A stretch of 64,000 nt of DNA from Thermoanaerobaculia bacterium (GTDB lineage Bacteria; Acidobacteriota; Thermoanaerobaculia; Multivoradales; Multivoraceae): the NCBI GenBank assembly GCA_963664405.1, contig OY761158.1:5568001-5632000 (forward strand), written 5' to 3'. Below, in pieces: positions 28,293-39,211 of the stretch (position 1 is the first letter of the stretch; each line of letters starts with the position of its first letter). A program made the position numbers and the translations under genes. The notes under the pieces are model-generated. The model did no database searches, was not told where the DNA came from, and was given only the letters and a program-made list of their open reading frames with translations.

Positions 28293-29614
28293 ACGACCAC
28301 CAACGTAATATCGTCGAGCTGCTCCGCGTCGCCTTTGAAGTTCCAGAGGTCGGCGAGGACGGCTTCGCGGATGTCGCGGCTGGGTTTGTGGGTGTTCTCC
28401 CGCACTCTTTCGGTCAGGCGCTCCCAGCCGTACATCTCCTCGCGATGGTTCGTCACTTCGGTGAGGCCGTCGGTGTAGAGGACCATCACGTCGCCGGTCG
28501 AGAAGCAGGCCTCCTGCTCGCGGTAGTTGGCTTCGAGGCGGGTTCCCAGCGGCGGGGCCGGGTGGCCGACCTCACAAGAACTTGCGGCGGCGGCTGAAAG
28601 ATGGAGCAGGGGAGGGTGTCCGGCCACCGAGACCCTGATACTGCGGCGGTCGCGATCGAAGACGATGTAGAGAAGGGTGATGAACATGCGGGAGTCCGTG
28701 GTTTGACGCACCATGCGGTTGAGTCGCTCCATCGTTTCGCGAGGCGCCAAGCATTCGTCTTGCAGAAGGTGGAGGCAGCTGCGGATTCCCGATAGCAGAA
28801 GACCGCTGGCGACGCCGTGCCCGGCAACGTCGCCGATCGCGATGGTTAGAGGAGAGTCAGCCGATCGGAAGTATTCGTAGTAGTCCCCACCGACCTCGGT
28901 TGCCGGCAACGAGATCGATGCGATGTCGAAGCCTTCGATGGCGGGGTCGCCCTGAGGCAACATACGCAACTGAATTCGCCGGGCATAGTCGAGCTCGTCG
29001 CGCATCCGGACCCGGTCGCGGTGTCTGCTGGATTCGACCTGGAACTCGCCCCTGAATTTTGACGAGTCGGCTCGCATCAGGCCGAGGTTGAGGAACAGCC
29101 CGGCAAGGGTGACGATCCCGAGTACGGAGAGAAGGGGAACCGACAGAGGTGTCGTGTTGCTCCAGGCGTTGGCAATATTGAGACTCGCGATCAGGCAGAA
29201 GACATAGGCAGGGATAGCCGTGAGAGTGCCGAGCCGTAACGGGGTGAGCACGACGGGCGCCAGGAAGCCCAGAACGTAGAGGCCGATGCCCAGCTCAGGT
29301 AGATAGAGAGCGGCGAGGACGAACTGAGCCAGTAGCGAGAGCAGGGCGAAGTGGCGAAAGTGCGAAACGAACGCGGGACGGTCCATGGCCCAGAACACCC
29401 AGCGCAGGAGAATCAGGCTGAAGAGAGGGAGGGCGAGCCGGAGATAGGAGCCTCGGGCGAGCATCCACAGTGCAAAGCCCACCGCGACTGTCGCGAAGGC
29501 GAAGCACCAGATCCGCAGCCATCGATAGGTCGTGGCATCGAAGTGGCGTTGGAGCGCCGCCTCGTCGCTAAGTGCGGCGAGATCCGAGGGTCGCGATTCG
29601 AAGGGAGATGGCAT
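28280..29614 (-). CDS. Membrane-anchored PP2C/SpoIIE (RsbU-like) phosphatase
   Basis: N-terminal TM helices; ARRIQ..MLP, VGGDYY, IGDVAGHG, AGHPP, YTDGLTE, DDITL. Confidence 0.92.
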   Translation of the reverse strand: MPSPFESRPSDLAALSDEAALQRHFDATTYRWLRIWCFAFATVAVGFALWMLARGSYLRLALPLFSLILLRWVFWAMDRPAFVSHFRHFALLSLLAQFVLAALYLPELGIGLYVLGFLAPVVLTPLRLGTLTAIPAYVFCLIASLNIANAWSNTTPLSVPLLSVLGIVTLAGLFLNLGLMRADSSKFRGEFQVESSRHRDRVRMRDELDYARRIQLRMLPQGDPAIEGFDIASISLPATEVGGDYYEYFRSADSPLTIAIGDVAGHGVASGLLLSGIRSCLHLLQDECLAPRETMERLNRMVRQTTDSRMFITLLYIVFDRDRRSIRVSVAGHPPLLHLSAAAASSCEVGHPAPPLGTRLEANYREQEACFSTGDVMVLYTDGLTEVTNHREEMYGWERLTERVRENTHKPSRDIREAVLADLWNFKGDAEQLDDITLVVVKAE

Positions 29615-29679
29615 TGGTTAGGTGTTTCTGGGATCCGACACTAGAATGCCTGTACCCAACAGGCAAGGGAGGAGCTCCG

Positions 29680-30600
29680 ATGTCACGAAAGAGCGTAGCG
29701 GCGTTCGTGTGTTTCGCGTTGATGGGTCTTCCGGTGCTGGCGCAGGCGAATAACCCGTGGACCGGGTACCCGCCGGAATTGCCGGGTGCGAAGGCGGAGA
29801 CCTACAAGACCGTCGAGGGTCTCGATCTGAAGCTCTATGTCTATTCTCCCGACGGACATGCGGCGGCTGATCGTCGCCCTGCAGTGGTCTTCTTCTTCGG
29901 CGGGGGCTGGCGAAGTGGCAATCCCATCCAGTTCGCCAAGCAGTGTGAGTACCTCGCCTCCCGTGGCCTGGTTGCCATCACCGTCGACTACCGGGTGCTC
30001 CTCCGCAATGGGCTTCCCGCACGCTTCAGCGTCGCCGACGCCAAGTCGTCGATTCGATGGGTGCGAGAGAACGCGGACCGGCTCGGCATCGATGCGTATC
30101 GCATCGCTTCGGCCGGTGGCTCGGCCGGCGGACACCTGGCGGCGTCGACCGCTTTCCTGTCTCAGCACGACGACCCGGCGGACAATCTCGCAACCAGCGC
30201 CAACCCCAATGCGCTGATCCTCTTCAACCCGGCGACGGTGCTTGCACCCGTGGCCGGCGTCTTCGAACGCGACGACGTTGAGCTCCTCGAGTGGCGGATG
30301 GGCGCGCCACTCGAATCCATGTCTCCCTATCACAACCTCGCCGAGGGAGCCCCGCCGACCCTCGTCTTTCACGGCAAGGCCGACAAGGTCGTGCCCTACG
30401 CTACCGCTGAGGCCTTTTGTGACCGTATGAACGAGCTCGCGGGGAGTTGCGAGCTCGTAGGCTACGACGGCGAAGGCCACGGTTTTTTCAACTACAGCCG
30501 GGGCACCGACGCGTTCCGCGACACTCTGATGCGTGCCGACCGCTTTCTGGTCTCGCTAGGATGGCTCGCGCCGGCCGCTGCCGCCAGCGCGGGAGGTTAG
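29680..30600 (+). CDS. Exported alpha/beta hydrolase (carboxylesterase, HSL/BD-FAE-like)
   Basis: Signal peptide; FFGGGW, DYR, GGSAGGHLA, HGKADKVVP, GHGFF. ATG 29680 follows GGAGGAG. Confidence 0.9.
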   Translation: MSRKSVAAFVCFALMGLPVLAQANNPWTGYPPELPGAKAETYKTVEGLDLKLYVYSPDGHAAADRRPAVVFFFGGGWRSGNPIQFAKQCEYLASRGLVAITVDYRVLLRNGLPARFSVADAKSSIRWVRENADRLGIDAYRIASAGGSAGGHLAASTAFLSQHDDPADNLATSANPNALILFNPATVLAPVAGVFERDDVELLEWRMGAPLESMSPYHNLAEGAPPTLVFHGKADKVVPYATAEAFCDRMNELAGSCELVGYDGEGHGFFNYSRGTDAFRDTLMRADRFLVSLGWLAPAAAASAGG

Positions 30601-30774
30601 ACCAGCGTTTCCAAAGTTCGCGCACATATCTCGGCCCCTTCTGCCCGCTGCCGGCGTTGGCTAGGCGCCCCCGCGCTCCTCGACATATTGCCCAATATGC
30701 CTGCGTCGGCGCGCCTGGCCAGCGAACAGAATGAGCTCGAGCTATGCGGCACGACTCTGGAAACGCTGGTCTAG
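30597..30774. mobile_element. MITE-like palindromic element, copy 2
   Basis: TTAG-ACCAGCGTTTCCAAAG ... CTCTGGAAACGCTGGT-CTAG; homologous along its length to 10258-10424. Confidence 0.8.
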
Positions 30775-31511
30775 GGGAGTTCGCTGAAGAAGCGGTTCCA
30801 ACGCGGCAGGTAGAAGCGCTCCGGATCGACCGAGATCGCGATCGCGATCGCGCGCCCGACGATGAGCTCTTCGGCCACCACTCCGAACCAGCGCGAGTCG
30901 AAGCTCTCGTCTCGATTGTCTCCCATCACGAAGTAGTGTCCTTCGGGCACCTGAGTCTCGTCGAATGACTGCTTCGAGGGGCGGAAGGGGGCGGTCATAA
31001 CCGGATGGGCGTGTTCTCCAAGCCTCTCCTGGGCAAAGAGGCGACCCTGACGATCCGCGGCGTCGAGCTCGTCGATCACGGCTTCGTCGAGTGGCTCGTA
31101 ATCGATCTTGTTGCCGTTCACGACCAGCTTGTTGGTGGTCATCGACACTCGTTCGCCGGGTAGGCCGACAACCCGCTTCACCAGACGCTTGCCATCCGCG
31201 GGAGAGAAGAAGACCACCAGCTCGCCTCGTGCTGGAACTGCCCAAGATGCCAGCCGGACGCGTGTGAACGGGACCTTGAGGTCGTAGGCCAACTTGTTGA
31301 CGAAGATGCGGTCTCCCACCAAGATGGTCGGCTTCATGGATCCGGTGGGCACATGGTTCCAGTCGGCAACGGCGGAGCGGAAAGTGCCCATGACAATGAG
31401 AATCAAAATGAACGGGCGAATCCACTCCCGCCACAACGGCCCGCCGAATCGGCGTTCTCGAGGAGTCTCCTCAGGGCCGGGGAGGGGTTGCGCTTGGTTT
31501 TCGTCGCTCAT
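30771..31511 (-). CDS. lepB: Signal peptidase I
   Basis: VPTGSMKPT, GDRIFVNK, LVKRVVGLPG, YFVMGDNRDESFDSRWFG. Confidence 0.95.
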   Translation of the reverse strand: MSDENQAQPLPGPEETPRERRFGGPLWREWIRPFILILIVMGTFRSAVADWNHVPTGSMKPTILVGDRIFVNKLAYDLKVPFTRVRLASWAVPARGELVVFFSPADGKRLVKRVVGLPGERVSMTTNKLVVNGNKIDYEPLDEAVIDELDAADRQGRLFAQERLGEHAHPVMTAPFRPSKQSFDETQVPEGHYFVMGDNRDESFDSRWFGVVAEELIVGRAIAIAISVDPERFYLPRWNRFFSELP

Positions 31512-31603
31512 CAGACTCACGTTCACTAGGTACGTTCGAATGGTGCCATGAGTTCGATCGGATGTCGACCTAGCGGCCGTGGGACCTCTGCTAGGATCGA
31601 GCC

Positions 31604-33046
31604 GTGGCCTCCATCGTCGGCGCTCTGCGTGAGATCTTTCCTCCCGAGCGTTTGCTGCAGAAGCGGGTGGAACTGCTCCCTTACGAGAGCGACGCCCTCA
31701 CCGCCTACCGGGCGCGGCCCCTGGTCGTCGTTCTACCGTCGAGCTCCGAGGAGGTGGTGGCGGCTGTACGCGCCTGCCATGAGCACGAGGTTCCTTTTGT
31801 GGCGCGCGGCAGCGGCACCAGCCTCTCAGGTGGCTCGCTGCCGGTGGAGGGAGGGGTTGTGATCGGACTGAATCGGCTCGATCGCATCCTGCGCCTCGAT
31901 GCCGATGACGCGATCGCGGTGGTCGAACCGGGGGTGGTCAATCTTCGCGTCTCTGAGGCCGCGGCTCCCTTCGGGCTCTATTACGCTCCCGACCCCTCGA
32001 GTCAATCGGTATGCACGATTGGCGGTAATGTCGCGTTCAACTCGGGCGGCGCACACTGTCTCAAGTACGGCATGACCAGTAATCATGTGCTCGGCATCAA
32101 GGCCGTTTTGGCCGATGGCACCCTGGTCTCGCTCGGTCAGGAGAGCCAGGAAGGAGTAGGCCCGGACTTGCAGGGTCTCTTCGTGGGCTCGGAGGGGCTC
32201 TTCGGAATCGCGCTCGAGATTACTCTCCGTTTGCTCCGACGCCCTGAGTCTTCATTCACGATGTTGGCTTCCTACGCGTCGCTCCAAGCTGCCGGGGAGG
32301 CGGTCTCTCGGGTGATCGCATCAGGTCTGCTGCCGGCGGCGATGGAGATCATGGATGCGCTGGCGATCCGCGCTGCTGAGGCCGCGGTAAACGCCGGCTA
32401 TCCCAAGGACGCCGCCGCGCTCCTGATTGTGGAACTGGAAGGCGAAGCCCTCGAAGTAGAAGAAGAGGCTCGGCTGCTTCGCCGGGTCGTTGCCGAATCG
32501 GGACCGACCGAGAGTCGCGTGGCGGCCGACGCTCAGGAGCGAGAGCGCATCTGGAGGGGCAGAAAGGGAGCCTTCTCGGCGGTCGGTAGGTTGAGTCCCG
32601 ACTATATTGTTCAGGATGGTGTGGTTCCGCGGAGCCGGCTTGGAGAGGCCCTGGCGGAGGTTGAGCGCCTCTCTGTCAAACACGGACTGCGGGTGGCTAA
32701 CGTCTTTCACGCCGGAGACGGCAATCTGCACCCCCTGATCTTGTACGACAGCAAAGAGCCCGGTGCCCTCGGAAAGGCGGAGGAGCTCGCCGGAGAGATT
32801 CTGCGCATGTGCGTCCGCCTCGGCGGCTCGATCACCGGCGAGCATGGGGTAGGAATCGAGAAGCGCGAGTATCTCGGGGAGATGTTCAGTGATGCCGACA
32901 TGGACTCGATGAAGCGTCTGCGTCGAGCCTTCGATCCCGGCGAGATCGCCAACCCCGGCAAGATGTTCCCGGTTGGCGAGGCGCCAGCTCTCACTTCTTC
33001 GGGGCCCCATCCACTGGAGCGAGCCGGAGTCATCTTCCGCGAATGA
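31604..33046 (+). CDS. glcD: Glycolate oxidase FAD-linked subunit
   Basis: [60 protein letters not shown]. Confidence 0.93.
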   Translation: MASIVGALREIFPPERLLQKRVELLPYESDALTAYRARPLVVVLPSSSEEVVAAVRACHEHEVPFVARGSGTSLSGGSLPVEGGVVIGLNRLDRILRLDADDAIAVVEPGVVNLRVSEAAAPFGLYYAPDPSSQSVCTIGGNVAFNSGGAHCLKYGMTSNHVLGIKAVLADGTLVSLGQESQEGVGPDLQGLFVGSEGLFGIALEITLRLLRRPESSFTMLASYASLQAAGEAVSRVIASGLLPAAMEIMDALAIRAAEAAVNAGYPKDAAALLIVELEGEALEVEEEARLLRRVVAESGPTESRVAADAQERERIWRGRKGAFSAVGRLSPDYIVQDGVVPRSRLGEALAEVERLSVKHGLRVANVFHAGDGNLHPLILYDSKEPGALGKAEELAGEILRMCVRLGGSITGEHGVGIEKREYLGEMFSDADMDSMKRLRRAFDPGEIANPGKMFPVGEAPALTSSGPHPLERAGVIFRE

Positions 33047-34149
33047 CGGTCCGGGCCACCGCGATAGACGACATTCGGGAGTCCCTTCGCGCAGGCGGCC
33101 GTTATCTGCCGTTGGGGGCGGGCACCAAGACCGCGTTGTCCCGGCCGGACGCCGAGATCGAGAGTCTCGACGTCTCGGCGCTGCGAGGCGTCCTCGAGTA
33201 TCTTCCCAGCGAGTTCACTGTCACCGCGCGAGCCGGTACGCCGATTGAAGAGATCGGCGCCCTACTCGAGGAAGAAGGCCAGTATCTGCCCTTCGATCCG
33301 CTTCTGGTGGCGGCGGGTGCGACTCTTGGCGGGACAGTGGCGTCAGGGCTGGCCGGCTCGGGCAGGGCTCGCTACGGCGGAATTCGCGATTTCATTCTCG
33401 GCGTGGAGCTGGTCGACGGAGAGGGGCGTTTAGTACGAGGTGGAGGCAAAGTGGTGAAGAACGCGGCAGGTTTTGACCTGCCCAAGCTGATGGTGGGGAG
33501 TCTTGGATCCTTCGGCGTGTTGACCGAGGTCACGCTGAAAGTGTTTCCGAGGGCCCGTCACACGCTGAGTCTGCGTAAGGAGCTTGGAAGTGTCGAGGAG
33601 GGGGTCGAAGGCCTGCGCTTGCTGCTGCACTCTCCGTTCGAAGTCGACGCGCTGGATCTTTCGGCGCCCGATGCGAGCCTCTTCGTCAGGCTCTGCGGCG
33701 CAAAAGAGGGACTCGAGCCGAGAATGGGGCGCCTGCGCGAGCTCGTCGGAGGTGGGGATGTTCTCGACCCCGCGGCCGAGAGCGCCCACTGGCGCAAGAT
33801 GCGGGAGCTGGAGTGGCTGGCCCCTGATCAGACTCTAGTCAAGGTTCCGCTCACTCCGAGCAAGATCGCTCCGCTCGAAGTGGCGCTCGGAGACCAATCC
33901 CCTGCGCGCTTCTATACGGGTGCCGGCCAGCAGCTCTGGCTGGGGTTGGAACCCGGTGGAGAGCCGGAAGCACTCGACGAGATCCTGCTAACCTCGGGTC
34001 TCTCTGGGCTGGTCGTAATCGGACCCGGAGGCGCGCGACGGCTCGGGGTAGGTAGTGACCGGGAAGTGCTCCGTCGTATTCTGGAAGCCTTCGACCCTTT
34101 GGTCCGCCTGCGCGATCCTCTTTCGCGTGGACTCGCCACGGCCGGGTAA
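33043..34149 (+). CDS. glcE: Glycolate oxidase FAD-binding subunit
   Basis: [38 protein letters not shown]; lies between glcD and glcF. Confidence 0.9.
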   Translation: MTVRATAIDDIRESLRAGGRYLPLGAGTKTALSRPDAEIESLDVSALRGVLEYLPSEFTVTARAGTPIEEIGALLEEEGQYLPFDPLLVAAGATLGGTVASGLAGSGRARYGGIRDFILGVELVDGEGRLVRGGGKVVKNAAGFDLPKLMVGSLGSFGVLTEVTLKVFPRARHTLSLRKELGSVEEGVEGLRLLLHSPFEVDALDLSAPDASLFVRLCGAKEGLEPRMGRLRELVGGGDVLDPAAESAHWRKMRELEWLAPDQTLVKVPLTPSKIAPLEVALGDQSPARFYTGAGQQLWLGLEPGGEPEALDEILLTSGLSGLVVIGPGGARRLGVGSDREVLRRILEAFDPLVRLRDPLSRGLATAG

Positions 34150-34155
34150 CGACAG

Positions 34156-35427
34156 ATGCAACACCGAATCGATTTGCAGAGATGGGGCCCCTCGGGCAGT
34201 GGCATGGTCGAGGCGGTGGAAGCCTGTGTACATTGCGGCTTCTGCCTACCTGCGTGCCCGACCTACCGAGAGCTTGGCGAAGAGATGGATTCGCCTCGAG
34301 GACGCATTCTGCTGATGAAGGAGGCGCTGGAGGGGAACGTTCCCTTCTCGGAGGTCGAGCCCTACATCGACCGTTGCCTGGGCTGTTTGGCCTGCGAGCC
34401 GGCCTGCCCCTCGGGGGTCTCGTACCATCGGCTCCTCCACCCCTTCCGAGAGCATTCCCACAAGGCCGGTGCGGGGACGGCAGTGGGCCGGTTGCGCCGC
34501 GAAGCTCTGCATCGGGTGCTTTCCTCCGCGCGGCTCTTTCGCCTCAGCCTCCATGGGGCTCGGCTGGCGGCGCGCTTGGCGCCCGTTCTGCCCTCGGCCT
34601 TTCGACATCTCTTGGAGTTTTCGCGAGAGTTGCCTTGGCCCCTACCGGCCGCCCTTCCGCTTCCGGCGCAAGTCTCAGCCGTCGGGCCTCGTCGCGGGCG
34701 CGTTGCTCTTCTCACCGGCTGTGCTCAAAGCGTGCTCGCGCCTGAGATCAGTGCTGCCGCGGCTCGCGTCCTCGCAGCCAACGGAGTCGAGGTGGTCATT
34801 CCTCCAAGCCAGGGGTGTTGCGGGTCTCTGGCTCTGCATGACGGTTTTCTCGAGCGCGCCAGGGCGCTGGCGCGGCGCACGATCGAGTCTTTCTCGCTAG
34901 ATGTCGACGCGGTTATCAGTACGACAGCGGGCTGCGGGTCGGGGATGCTCGAGTATCCGGATCTCCTCGCCGACTGTGTAGAGGCGGAAGCGGCAGAGGG
35001 TCTTGCGGCGAAGGTGCAGGACATTCATGTCTATTTGCAGGATCTCGGGTTAGTCATCCCTCCCTCGCTGACTGAAGAGCTGGTGGTGGTATACCAGGAT
35101 GCCTGTCATCTCAAGCACGCCCGCGGAATCGAGGCTCAGCCGCGCAGCCTGTTGCAGGCGGTCGGCAATCTGCACCTGGTCGAGATCGGTGATGGTGGTG
35201 CGTGTTGCGGTTCGGCGGGCACCTACAACCTGGAACAGCCCGAGATGGCGAGTCGACTGGGAGAGCAGAAAGCGCGGCGTATCGCTGCTACCGGGGCCGA
35301 GATCGTCGCATCGGGCAATATCGGCTGCCTGGTCCAGATCCGGCGCCACCTGGCGTCGATCGGAAGCTCGCTACCGGTCGTGCATACAGTCGAGCTTCTG
35401 GATCGCGCCTACAGCGGCGAGGACTAG
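34156..35427 (+). CDS. glcF: Glycolate oxidase iron-sulfur subunit
   Basis: CVHCGFCLPACPTY, SPRGRI, CLGCLACEPACPSGV, two CCG domains, NIGC. Confidence 0.93.
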   Translation: MQHRIDLQRWGPSGSGMVEAVEACVHCGFCLPACPTYRELGEEMDSPRGRILLMKEALEGNVPFSEVEPYIDRCLGCLACEPACPSGVSYHRLLHPFREHSHKAGAGTAVGRLRREALHRVLSSARLFRLSLHGARLAARLAPVLPSAFRHLLEFSRELPWPLPAALPLPAQVSAVGPRRGRVALLTGCAQSVLAPEISAAAARVLAANGVEVVIPPSQGCCGSLALHDGFLERARALARRTIESFSLDVDAVISTTAGCGSGMLEYPDLLADCVEAEAAEGLAAKVQDIHVYLQDLGLVIPPSLTEELVVVYQDACHLKHARGIEAQPRSLLQAVGNLHLVEIGDGGACCGSAGTYNLEQPEMASRLGEQKARRIAATGAEIVASGNIGCLVQIRRHLASIGSSLPVVHTVELLDRAYSGED

Positions 35428-35431
35428 TTTC

Positions 35432-37213
35432 TTGGGCCGCGGGCTTTCCAGGCCTTGGACACGCGGCGGCGCGCTCCTACTCGCGGCCGGCCTGTACGCT
35501 TGCGGCTCGCGGGAGGTCGCGCAAGACGGGGCGGCCAAGAGAACCGAGAGCCGATCGGTTGACGTGACCGACTCCATCTCGCGGATCATTTTCGAAGATA
35601 GGACCGCCGCGGTCGATCTTCACTTCGATCACCAGAATGGCATGAGTGGGGAGCGCTACCTGGTCGAGATGATGGGGGCGGGTGCGGCACTGCTGGATTT
35701 TGACAACGATGGCGATCTCGATCTCTACCTTGTACAGGGCGGCGAGCTGAAACGAGAGCGAGAGGAGGGGGTTCGGGGCGACCCCCAAGCGGGTGACCGC
35801 CTCTTCCGAAATGAGCGGGTCTCGGCGCCGAATGGAGAGAGCTCGTTCCGTTTTGTCGACGTGACCTCTGAGAGCGGTATCGAGGGGAACTTCTACGGTA
35901 TGGGCGTTGCGGCCGGGGACTACGATGGCGATGGCTGGATCGATCTCTATGTTACCAATTGGGGGCCGAATCAACTCTGGCAGAACAACGGGGACGGCAC
36001 CTTCCGCGAACAGGCTGCGGCGGCGGGAGTCGCCGATCCGCGCTGGAGCGTGCCGGCGGTCTTCCTCGACTTCGATCGTGACGGTCTTCTGGATCTCTTC
36101 GTTGGCAACTATGTGGATTTCTCCTTGTCCGAGCACCGAAGCTGCAAATCTGCACTGGGCATCGCCGACTACTGTGGACCCTTGAGCTTTCAGCCAGCGG
36201 CCAATAGTCTCTATCGAAACCTGGGTGACGGGCGATTTAGTGACGTGTCGGTGGACACCGGCTTTGCCGTTGCAATCGGGGCAACTCTCGGCGCCCTGGC
36301 GGCCGACTTCGACTCGGACGGTTGGCTCGATCTCTATGTCGCCAACGATCAGATGCCGAATCGGCTGTGGAGGAACGAGGGGCGCGGAGTCTTCTCCGAA
36401 CAGGCACTCAGCTCGGGTTGTGCGGTCAACGCCGAGGGGCGGCCGGAAGCGAGTATGGGCCTTGCAGCCGGCGACTACGACAACGATGGTGACGAGGATC
36501 TATTTGTGACCCATCTCAGCAAAGAGACTCACACTCTGTATCTCAATGACGGCACCGGCGTCTTCGAAGACGCTTCGACCCGTGCCGGGGTGGGCGCGCC
36601 GAGCTGGGAGCTCACCGGCTTTGGCGTCGGGCTTATCGATGTGGAGAACGACGGTCTTCTCGATCTGTTGACGGTGAGTGGCGCCGTCAAAGTGATACCC
36701 GAGCAGGCAGCGGCCGGGGTGGCTCTGCCGTTGCGCCAGCGCGGTCAGCTTTTTTCTGGACTCGGCTCTGGAGCGTTCGCGGAGATCGATCTAGGAGTGG
36801 AGTCTCCTCTTCGTCGTAGCGGAGTGAGTCGTGGTGCGGCCTTTGGTGATCTCGACAACGATGGGGACACCGACGTCGTTGTTACCGAGAACGGTGGCCC
36901 GGCTCGAGTCTTGGTCAACATCGTCGGCAGCCAAGGTGCGTGGTTGGGATTGCGGGTGACAGAGGGGGAGCCGGAACGAGACGCCCTCGGGGCATGGGTT
37001 GGAGTCTTCAGATCCGGTCTCCCGCCGATGTGGCGGCGAATACGGAGTGACGGCAGCTACGCTTCGGCGAGCGATCCGCGACTCCTTTTTGGTCTAGGCG
37101 CCGACCCCCGGGTCGAGCGCGTTGAGGTGCGGTGGACGGATGGTGAGGTCGAGAGCTGGACCGGGCTGGAAGCCGGGAGCTATACGAGCCTACACAAGGG
37201 GGAGGGCCGATGA
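35432..37213 (+). CDS. CRTAC1-family FG-GAP repeat / ASPIC-UnbV lipoprotein
   Basis: Lipobox-like LYAC; repeated DxDxDGxxDL motifs; C-terminal ALGA.V...GSYAS...LFGLG...VEVRW.DG. Start placed at TTG 35432 after glcF (uncertain). Confidence 0.85.
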   Translation: MGRGLSRPWTRGGALLLAAGLYACGSREVAQDGAAKRTESRSVDVTDSISRIIFEDRTAAVDLHFDHQNGMSGERYLVEMMGAGAALLDFDNDGDLDLYLVQGGELKREREEGVRGDPQAGDRLFRNERVSAPNGESSFRFVDVTSESGIEGNFYGMGVAAGDYDGDGWIDLYVTNWGPNQLWQNNGDGTFREQAAAAGVADPRWSVPAVFLDFDRDGLLDLFVGNYVDFSLSEHRSCKSALGIADYCGPLSFQPAANSLYRNLGDGRFSDVSVDTGFAVAIGATLGALAADFDSDGWLDLYVANDQMPNRLWRNEGRGVFSEQALSSGCAVNAEGRPEASMGLAAGDYDNDGDEDLFVTHLSKETHTLYLNDGTGVFEDASTRAGVGAPSWELTGFGVGLIDVENDGLLDLLTVSGAVKVIPEQAAAGVALPLRQRGQLFSGLGSGAFAEIDLGVESPLRRSGVSRGAAFGDLDNDGDTDVVVTENGGPARVLVNIVGSQGAWLGLRVTEGEPERDALGAWVGVFRSGLPPMWRRIRSDGSYASASDPRLLFGLGADPRVERVEVRWTDGEVESWTGLEAGSYTSLHKGEGR

Positions 37214-39186
37214 AGCGAGCGACCTTGGGGCGGGTGTTGGCCCTGCTGCTGGTCGGGTCGGGGTGTGGAAGGGACGCGACCCCCGGATCCTCGGTAGCCA
37301 TTCGAGAGTCGGCCCTCGCTGCGGTTCCGCATCCTGATCTCGATCTGCTCGGAGCCGACCTCTCTGAGCAGATCAGGGCCCTCCGCGACGCCGTCGAGGA
37401 TCAAGCCCGAGGCTCGGGCGAGGCCTGGGGACAGCTCGGCCGCGCCTACCATGCCTATGAGTTCTACGAGGCGGCGCGTGCCAGCTACTCCAATGCGTCA
37501 AGGCTCGAACCAGAAGTCTTTGCCTGGCCCTATTCACTTGCGCTCTTGGAGCGTGATCAAGGCAAGTTCCAGGCCGCGGTAGAGCATTTTAGGGAGGCCC
37601 TTGCCTTGGATCCGGACTCGGCTGTCGCCCAGCTTCATCTTGGCGAGGCTCTGATCGAGCTCAATGACCCGGCGGGAGCTGAGCCTCCGCTTGCCGCGGC
37701 TGGGCGGGAACCCGGCTTAGCAGCCGCGGCGTTGGCGGCGCAAGCGAGGGGGGCACTGAACCTGGGCGATTCGGAGCTGGCGGTCGATCTTCTCCAAAGG
37801 GCTCTACAAGAACAGCCCGACGCGAGCGCCTTGCGCCACTCGCTGGCCGCGGCGCTGCGCCAGCTCGGGGACGACGAAGGCGCCTCGAAGGAACAGAGTC
37901 GCGCGGGCGCTCGTTCCCCTTTCTATCCGGATCCGCTGGCGAATCGGATCTCCGATCTCGAGGCGACTTCCGGAGCGTTGGTTCGCCAGGGCGCCCGCGC
38001 CCTTGCTGAAGATCGACCCGAGGAGGCAGTGGAGCGCTACCGGCAGGCCGTCGCAGCCGACCCGGACGACGCCGAGGCACGTCGCCAACTGGCGCTCGCA
38101 CTCCATGCGAGTGGCGAGCTCGACCGCGCCGTCGCCGAGATTCGTGTGGCCGCCGGTGCCTCGCCAGCGAGTCTTCCCGTCCACTTCGACCTCGCCAATC
38201 TGCTGCTTGCGCAGGGTCATAGCGATCAGGCGATTGAAGCCTTCGAGCGCTGTCTCGAGCTCGATGGGGATCATCTGCCGGCGCGTTTCAACTTGGCCAA
38301 TGTGCTGCTCGGCCGAGGCCGCCTCGCTGAGGCGTTGGTGCATCTCGAAAAGGCAGTCGCGTCGGATCCCACCGATCTACGCGCAGCGTATCTTCGGGCG
38401 ATGGCAAAGGACGGTCTCGGCCGCGGTGAGGAGGCCATCGCTGAGTTGGAGGGTGTTGTGGCGGCGGATCCAAGCTTGGTTTCGGCGCAGTTGGGGCTCG
38501 CCGGTATCCTCGAGCGACAGGGTTCGACAAACAGGGCGGCGCAGCGCTATGAACTGACCCTATCGGTGGCGGAAGAGGGCGCCGATATCGCGCAGCTTCA
38601 TGCTGGGCTAGGGCGCATCGCGAAGAGTGAGAGCCGGGTCGGAGACGCAATCGATCATTACCGCACCGCGGTCGACGCGGACCCGGCGAATCGAGGCCTC
38701 AACGAGGAGCTCGCCGCGGTCCTCGAATCGGCTGGGCGCTTCGAGGAGGCGGCACCGTTCCGCCGCCGACTCGTGGAGATCGACCCTGGCGACGGCACAG
38801 CACGCTTGCGGGAGGCGATTGCCTGGGTCCAGGCGGGTCGCATCGAGCTAGGCCGAGAGAGGCTGGAGGAAGGGGTCACGGTGTTGCCGGACGACCTGCT
38901 GCTCCTGAACACGCTGGCGCGTCTGCTAGCGACGGCGGCGGACGCCGCTTTGCGTGACGGTCGTCGCTCGCTCGAGATCGCAGAACGCCTGTACTCTGAG
39001 CGCCCCTCTCTCGACTTCGCGGAGACGTTGGCCATGGCCTACGCCGAGCTCGGAAGCTTCACCGAGGCGGCTGCGGTGCAGAAGGCCCTGATTCGACAGG
39101 TGCGGGGCACCGCCCAAGAAGGTCACCTGCCTCGACTCGAAGCCAATCTCGAGCGTTATGAAAACGGCGTCGCGGTGAGGATGTAG
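37210..39186 (+). CDS. Tetratricopeptide repeat lipoprotein
   Basis: LLVGSGC lipobox-like motif, many TPR helices; ATGA overlap with the CRTAC1-family gene. Confidence 0.85.
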   Translation: MKRATLGRVLALLLVGSGCGRDATPGSSVAIRESALAAVPHPDLDLLGADLSEQIRALRDAVEDQARGSGEAWGQLGRAYHAYEFYEAARASYSNASRLEPEVFAWPYSLALLERDQGKFQAAVEHFREALALDPDSAVAQLHLGEALIELNDPAGAEPPLAAAGREPGLAAAALAAQARGALNLGDSELAVDLLQRALQEQPDASALRHSLAAALRQLGDDEGASKEQSRAGARSPFYPDPLANRISDLEATSGALVRQGARALAEDRPEEAVERYRQAVAADPDDAEARRQLALALHASGELDRAVAEIRVAAGASPASLPVHFDLANLLLAQGHSDQAIEAFERCLELDGDHLPARFNLANVLLGRGRLAEALVHLEKAVASDPTDLRAAYLRAMAKDGLGRGEEAIAELEGVVAADPSLVSAQLGLAGILERQGSTNRAAQRYELTLSVAEEGADIAQLHAGLGRIAKSESRVGDAIDHYRTAVDADPANRGLNEELAAVLESAGRFEEAAPFRRRLVEIDPGDGTARLREAIAWVQAGRIELGRERLEEGVTVLPDDLLLLNTLARLLATAADAALRDGRRSLEIAERLYSERPSLDFAETLAMAYAELGSFTEAAAVQKALIRQVRGTAQEGHLPRLEANLERYENGVAVRM

Positions 39187-39211
39187 CTGTTCTAGTAGCG
39201 AGTCGCTGGGC

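Noticed and set aside
35099-35431. Long N-terminal extension of the CRTAC1-family ORF
   Set aside because: It overlaps glcF by over 300 nt; a signal peptide and lipobox appear just after the glcF stop.
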